A stretch of 64,000 nt of DNA from assembly GCA_963778795.1 (NCBI GenBank), contig CAVZVU010000001.1, positions 1,452,776-1,516,775 of the forward strand, in the 5' to 3' direction. The position numbers and the translations under genes were made by a program. The stretch comes from an uncultured Pseudomonadota bacterium (GTDB taxonomy: Bacteria; Myxococcota_A; Polyangia; Fen-1088). Positions 61,022 through 64,000 of the stretch are shown here, piece by piece. Position 1 is the first letter of the stretch, and each line of letters opens with the position of its first letter. The notes below the pieces were generated by a model. That model was given only the letters and a program-made list of their open reading frames with translations, was not told where the DNA came from and ran no database searches.

Positions 61022-62017
61022 CACGGCTCCAGCCGGCGCAGGATGGCGACGAAGTCGGGCGGCGGCTCGCAGCGGAAATCGAGGCGCGCGCCGGTGACCG
61101 GGTGCACGAACCCCAGCGTCGCCGCGTGCAGCATCAGCCGCGTCGGCCGGCAGCGGCTGCCGCCCGTCGCGCAGCAGGTCCCGGATGTAGACCGTCTCGC
61201 CGACCAGAGGATGGCCCGCCTCCGACAGGTGGATCCGGATCTGGTGGGTGCGCCCGGTCTCGAGGCGCACGCGGCACAGCGTGGCGCCGCGCAGCCGCGC
61301 CTCGGCGGTCACGTGGGTCACCGCGTGCTGCCCCTGGTCGCGGTGGCGCGTCGACCCGCGGATGCCGTCGCCGCGATCGGCGACCAGATACGATTCGATG
61401 CGGCGGCTCTCGACCTGCCCCTCGGCCACCGCCAGGTACTCGCGCGTCGCCTCGTGGCGCTGGAAGATCGTGTGCAGCCCGCGTTCGCCGAGGCGGGTCT
61501 TGGCGAAGCAGAGCAGCCCCGACGTGTCCTTGTCGAGACGGTGCACGATGTAAAGCGGCGTCGCCGTCGCCTTGCGCCCCGACTGGCGCCAGGCGTCGCG
61601 GATCAGATCCATCGCCGTGCCGGTCTCCTTGCGCTCGTAGGGGACGCTGGAGACGCCGGAGGGCTTCTCGATGACGATCAGGTGGGCGTCGTCATGCACG
61701 ACGCGAAATCCCTCGACGACCACGCGCGGGCGCGGCGCGTTCATGACGATCGCCAGTTGCTGGCCGGAGCGCACGCGCGCCGCGGGATCGATCGCCACGA
61801 CGCCGTCGAGGCGGACCTTGCCGCTCTCGCACAGGCGGCGCACGTCGCTCCAGCTGCGGCCGGGCAGCCGCCGGCGCAGGGCCGCCGCCAGCGTGGTGGC
61901 GTCGTCGGTAGCATCCAAAGTGAACCGGTTCCCGCTCGCCCCGCCGTCCGTTCCCGGCGTCGGCGTCGGCGTCGGCGTGGGCGTCGACGTCCTTTGCAAG
62001 CTCAACACCCTAGCCAC
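61021..62017 (-). pseudogene. RluA-family pseudouridine synthase with N-terminal S4-like domain (one frame change near 61140)
   Basis: HRLDKDTSGLL catalytic motif, GRTHQIRIH. The C-terminus ..MLHAATLGFVHPVTGARL..LEP is in another frame. TPTPTPTPTP is encoded by a hexanucleotide repeat near 61945-61985. Start uncertain. Confidence 0.85.
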
Positions 62018-64000
62018 CGACGAGCTCGAACACCCGGGCCAGCGCCTGATCCAGAAGCTCGGGGTGCACCCCGCCTCCCTGGGCCATGTCGGCGCGGCCG
62101 CCCCCCTTGCCGCCCAGCTGGCGCGCGACCTCGCCCACGATCTTGCCGGCGTTGAAGCGGTCGGTGAGATCGGGCGTCACCATCGACACCAGCGCGATCT
62201 TGTCCCCCTCGACGCCCGCCAGCACGACCACGCCCGAGCGGATCTTGTCGCGCAGCTGATCGGCGACCTCGCGCAGCGCCTTCGGATCGGCGACGTCGGC
62301 GCGGGTTGCCAGCACGCGGACGCCGCCGATGTCGCGCGCCTCGCTGACCAGATCGCGGCCGCCGCCCGACGCCAGCTTGCGCTTGAGCTTGTCGATCTCC
62401 TTGTCGCGCTCGCGCAGCTCGGCCTGCAGCTTGCCGAGGCGGGCGCTGACCTCGAACGGGCCGGCGCGCAGCAGCTCGCCCGCCGCGCCCAGCTCGTCCT
62501 CCAGGCGGCGCACGTAGGCGGCCGCGCCGGCGCCGGTGACCGCCTCCAGCCGGCGCACGCCCTGGGCGACGCCGGTCTCCTCGGTGATGGTGAAGAAGGC
62601 GATGTCGCCGGTGCGCGCGACGTGGGTGCCGCCGCAGAACTCCTTCGACTCGCCCATGGTGAGGATGCGGACGGTGTCGCCGTACTTCTCGCCGAAGAAG
62701 GCGATCGCGCCCGCCTTCTTGGCCTCGGCGATCGGCAGCACCTCGGTGGTGGCGGCGAGGTTGGCGCGCACGCGCGCGTTGACCAGATCCTCGACGCGCT
62801 GGCGCTCTTCGCGCGTCAGCGGCGCGAAGTGCGAGAAGTCGAAGCGCAGGCGGTCCGGCGCCACCAGCGACCCCTTCTGGGTCACGTGCTCGCCCAGCAC
62901 GGTGCGCAGCGCCCAGTGCAGCAGGTGGGTCGCCGAGTGGTTGCGGCGGATGGCGTCGCGCCGCTCGCCGTCGACCTCGAGCGTGACCGCGTCGCCGACG
63001 CGCAGCTCGCCCTCGACCACCTCGCCCAGGTGCACGTACAGCGTCGACACCGGCCGCTTGACGTCGTCGACCCGCAGCCGCGCCTTGCCGCTGGCGGAGC
63101 GGATCGTCCCGGCGTCGCCGATCTGGCCGCCCTGTTCGCCGTAGAACGGCGTCTCGGCGGTGACGACGGCGACCCGCCTGGAGTATGGCCCGACGGTGTC
63201 GACCTCCTTGCCGTCGGCCAGCAGCGCCACGATCTTCGACGACCCGCCCGTCCCCTCGTAGCCGCGGAACGGCGTCGGGCCGATGCGCTCGGCGACCTTC
63301 TTGAACACGTCGTCGACCGCGACCTCGCCCGAGCCGTGGAACTCGCTGCGCTTGCGCTGCTCGGCCATCGCGGCTTCGAAGCCGGCCTCGTCGACACTCC
63401 AGCCCTGCAGCTCGGCGATGACCCGGGTCAAGTCGATCGGGAATCCGTAGGTGTCGTAGAGCTGAAAGGCCACCTCCCCTGGAACGAGGTCGTCTGCGTA
63501 GGTCGCGCCTCCACCAGCGAGATCGATCCGCAGGATCTCCACCCCGCGGGCGAGCGTCGCGCGGAAGCGCGTCTCCTCTTCGAAGATGATCTTCCCGATG
63601 AGGCTCGAGCGCTCCTTCACCTCGGGATAGATCGCCCCCATCTTGGCGATCACGTCGTCGGCGACCGTCGCCAGGAAGGGCTTGTCGATGCCGATGAGCC
63701 AGCCGTGGTAGACCGCGCGCCGCATGATCCGGCGCAGCACGTACTCGCGCCCGGTCTTCTCGGGGAAGACGCCGTCGGCGATCAGGAACGCCGCCGCGCG
63801 CGCGTGGTCGGCGATGGCGCGCAGCGAGACCGACTCGCCCTGGTAGTCGGCGGGCACGAAGGTCTTGCCCGACAGCGCGACCGCGCGATCGATCATCGGC
63901 CGCAGCAGATCGGTCTCGTAGTTCGAGCGCACCCCCTGCAGCACCGCGCACAGCCGCTCCAGGCCCATGCCGGTGTCGACCGACGGGCGGGGCAGTGGGC
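62010..64000 (-). CDS. alaS: alanine--tRNA ligase, C-terminal ~660 codons (5' end outside window)
   Basis: VDTGMGLERL at the window edge, editing-domain motifs HSATHLLHWAL and CGGTHV, and a C-terminal DHHA1-like region GGKGGGRADMAQGGG. The frame is intact across 2 kb. Confidence 0.95.
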   Translation of the reverse strand, partial: PLPRPSVDTGMGLERLCAVLQGVRSNYETDLLRPMIDRAVALSGKTFVPADYQGESVSLRAIADHARAAAFLIADGVFPEKTGREYVLRRIMRRAVYHGWLIGIDKPFLATVADDVIAKMGAIYPEVKERSSLIGKIIFEEETRFRATLARGVEILRIDLAGGGATYADDLVPGEVAFQLYDTYGFPIDLTRVIAELQGWSVDEAGFEAAMAEQRKRSEFHGSGEVAVDDVFKKVAERIGPTPFRGYEGTGGSSKIVALLADGKEVDTVGPYSRRVAVVTAETPFYGEQGGQIGDAGTIRSASGKARLRVDDVKRPVSTLYVHLGEVVEGELRVGDAVTLEVDGERRDAIRRNHSATHLLHWALRTVLGEHVTQKGSLVAPDRLRFDFSHFAPLTREERQRVEDLVNARVRANLAATTEVLPIAEAKKAGAIAFFGEKYGDTVRILTMGESKEFCGGTHVARTGDIAFFTITEETGVAQGVRRLEAVTGAGAAAYVRRLEDELGAAGELLRAGPFEVSARLGKLQAELRERDKEIDKLKRKLASGGGRDLVSEARDIGGVRVLATRADVADPKALREVADQLRDKIRSGVVVLAGVEGDKIALVSMVTPDLTDRFNAGKIVGEVARQLGGKGGGRADMAQGGGVHPELLDQALARVFELVGG

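Overview
Very GC-rich (about 70% by eye) chromosomal segment. The gene content (PEGA-domain Ser/Thr kinases, two sigma-54 enhancer-binding response regulators, FHA-GGDEF, many TPR, lipoprotein and methyltransferase genes) suggests a myxobacterium-like genome; that is inference only. Most of the window is core or housekeeping: guaA, guaB, alaS, glnD, queC, aroF, pcnB, a gshB-like gene and tRNA-Phe. The rest is envelope and redox genes (TlpA, a four-domain DsbA-like protein, a PBP, a PlsC-like acyltransferase), signalling genes, and a tolC-mdtABC RND efflux operon divergent from a histidine kinase / NtrC-type regulator pair. I found no transposase, integrase, phage, CRISPR-cas or recognisable defence genes, so I cannot point to a clear novel multi-gene system. 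About half of the genes are frame-disrupted as sequenced. By my manual count there are roughly 70-80 frame changes, clustered in kb-scale patches, and amino-acid conservation is otherwise intact. I typed these genes as pseudogene because that is what the sequence literally shows, but uncorrected assembly indels are the likelier cause. The most unusual observations are: (1) a structured REP-like repeat present in intergenic DNA and also inserted in-frame, in tandem, in the DHp loop of the sensor kinase; (2) two inverted copies of a ~215-nt long-hairpin element with a conserved core and co-varying arms; (3) a 23-nt tandem hairpin array upstream of a lipoprotein gene; (4) a single polypeptide with four tandem DsbA-like CPFC domains; (5) a near-consensus sigma-54 promoter in front of the efflux operon; (6) a translationally coupled three-gene operon encoding LPP20/FlgT-like proteins and a PEGA lipoprotein. 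All coordinates come from manual reading and may be off by a few nt. Functions are inferred from motifs I recognise, not from database searches.
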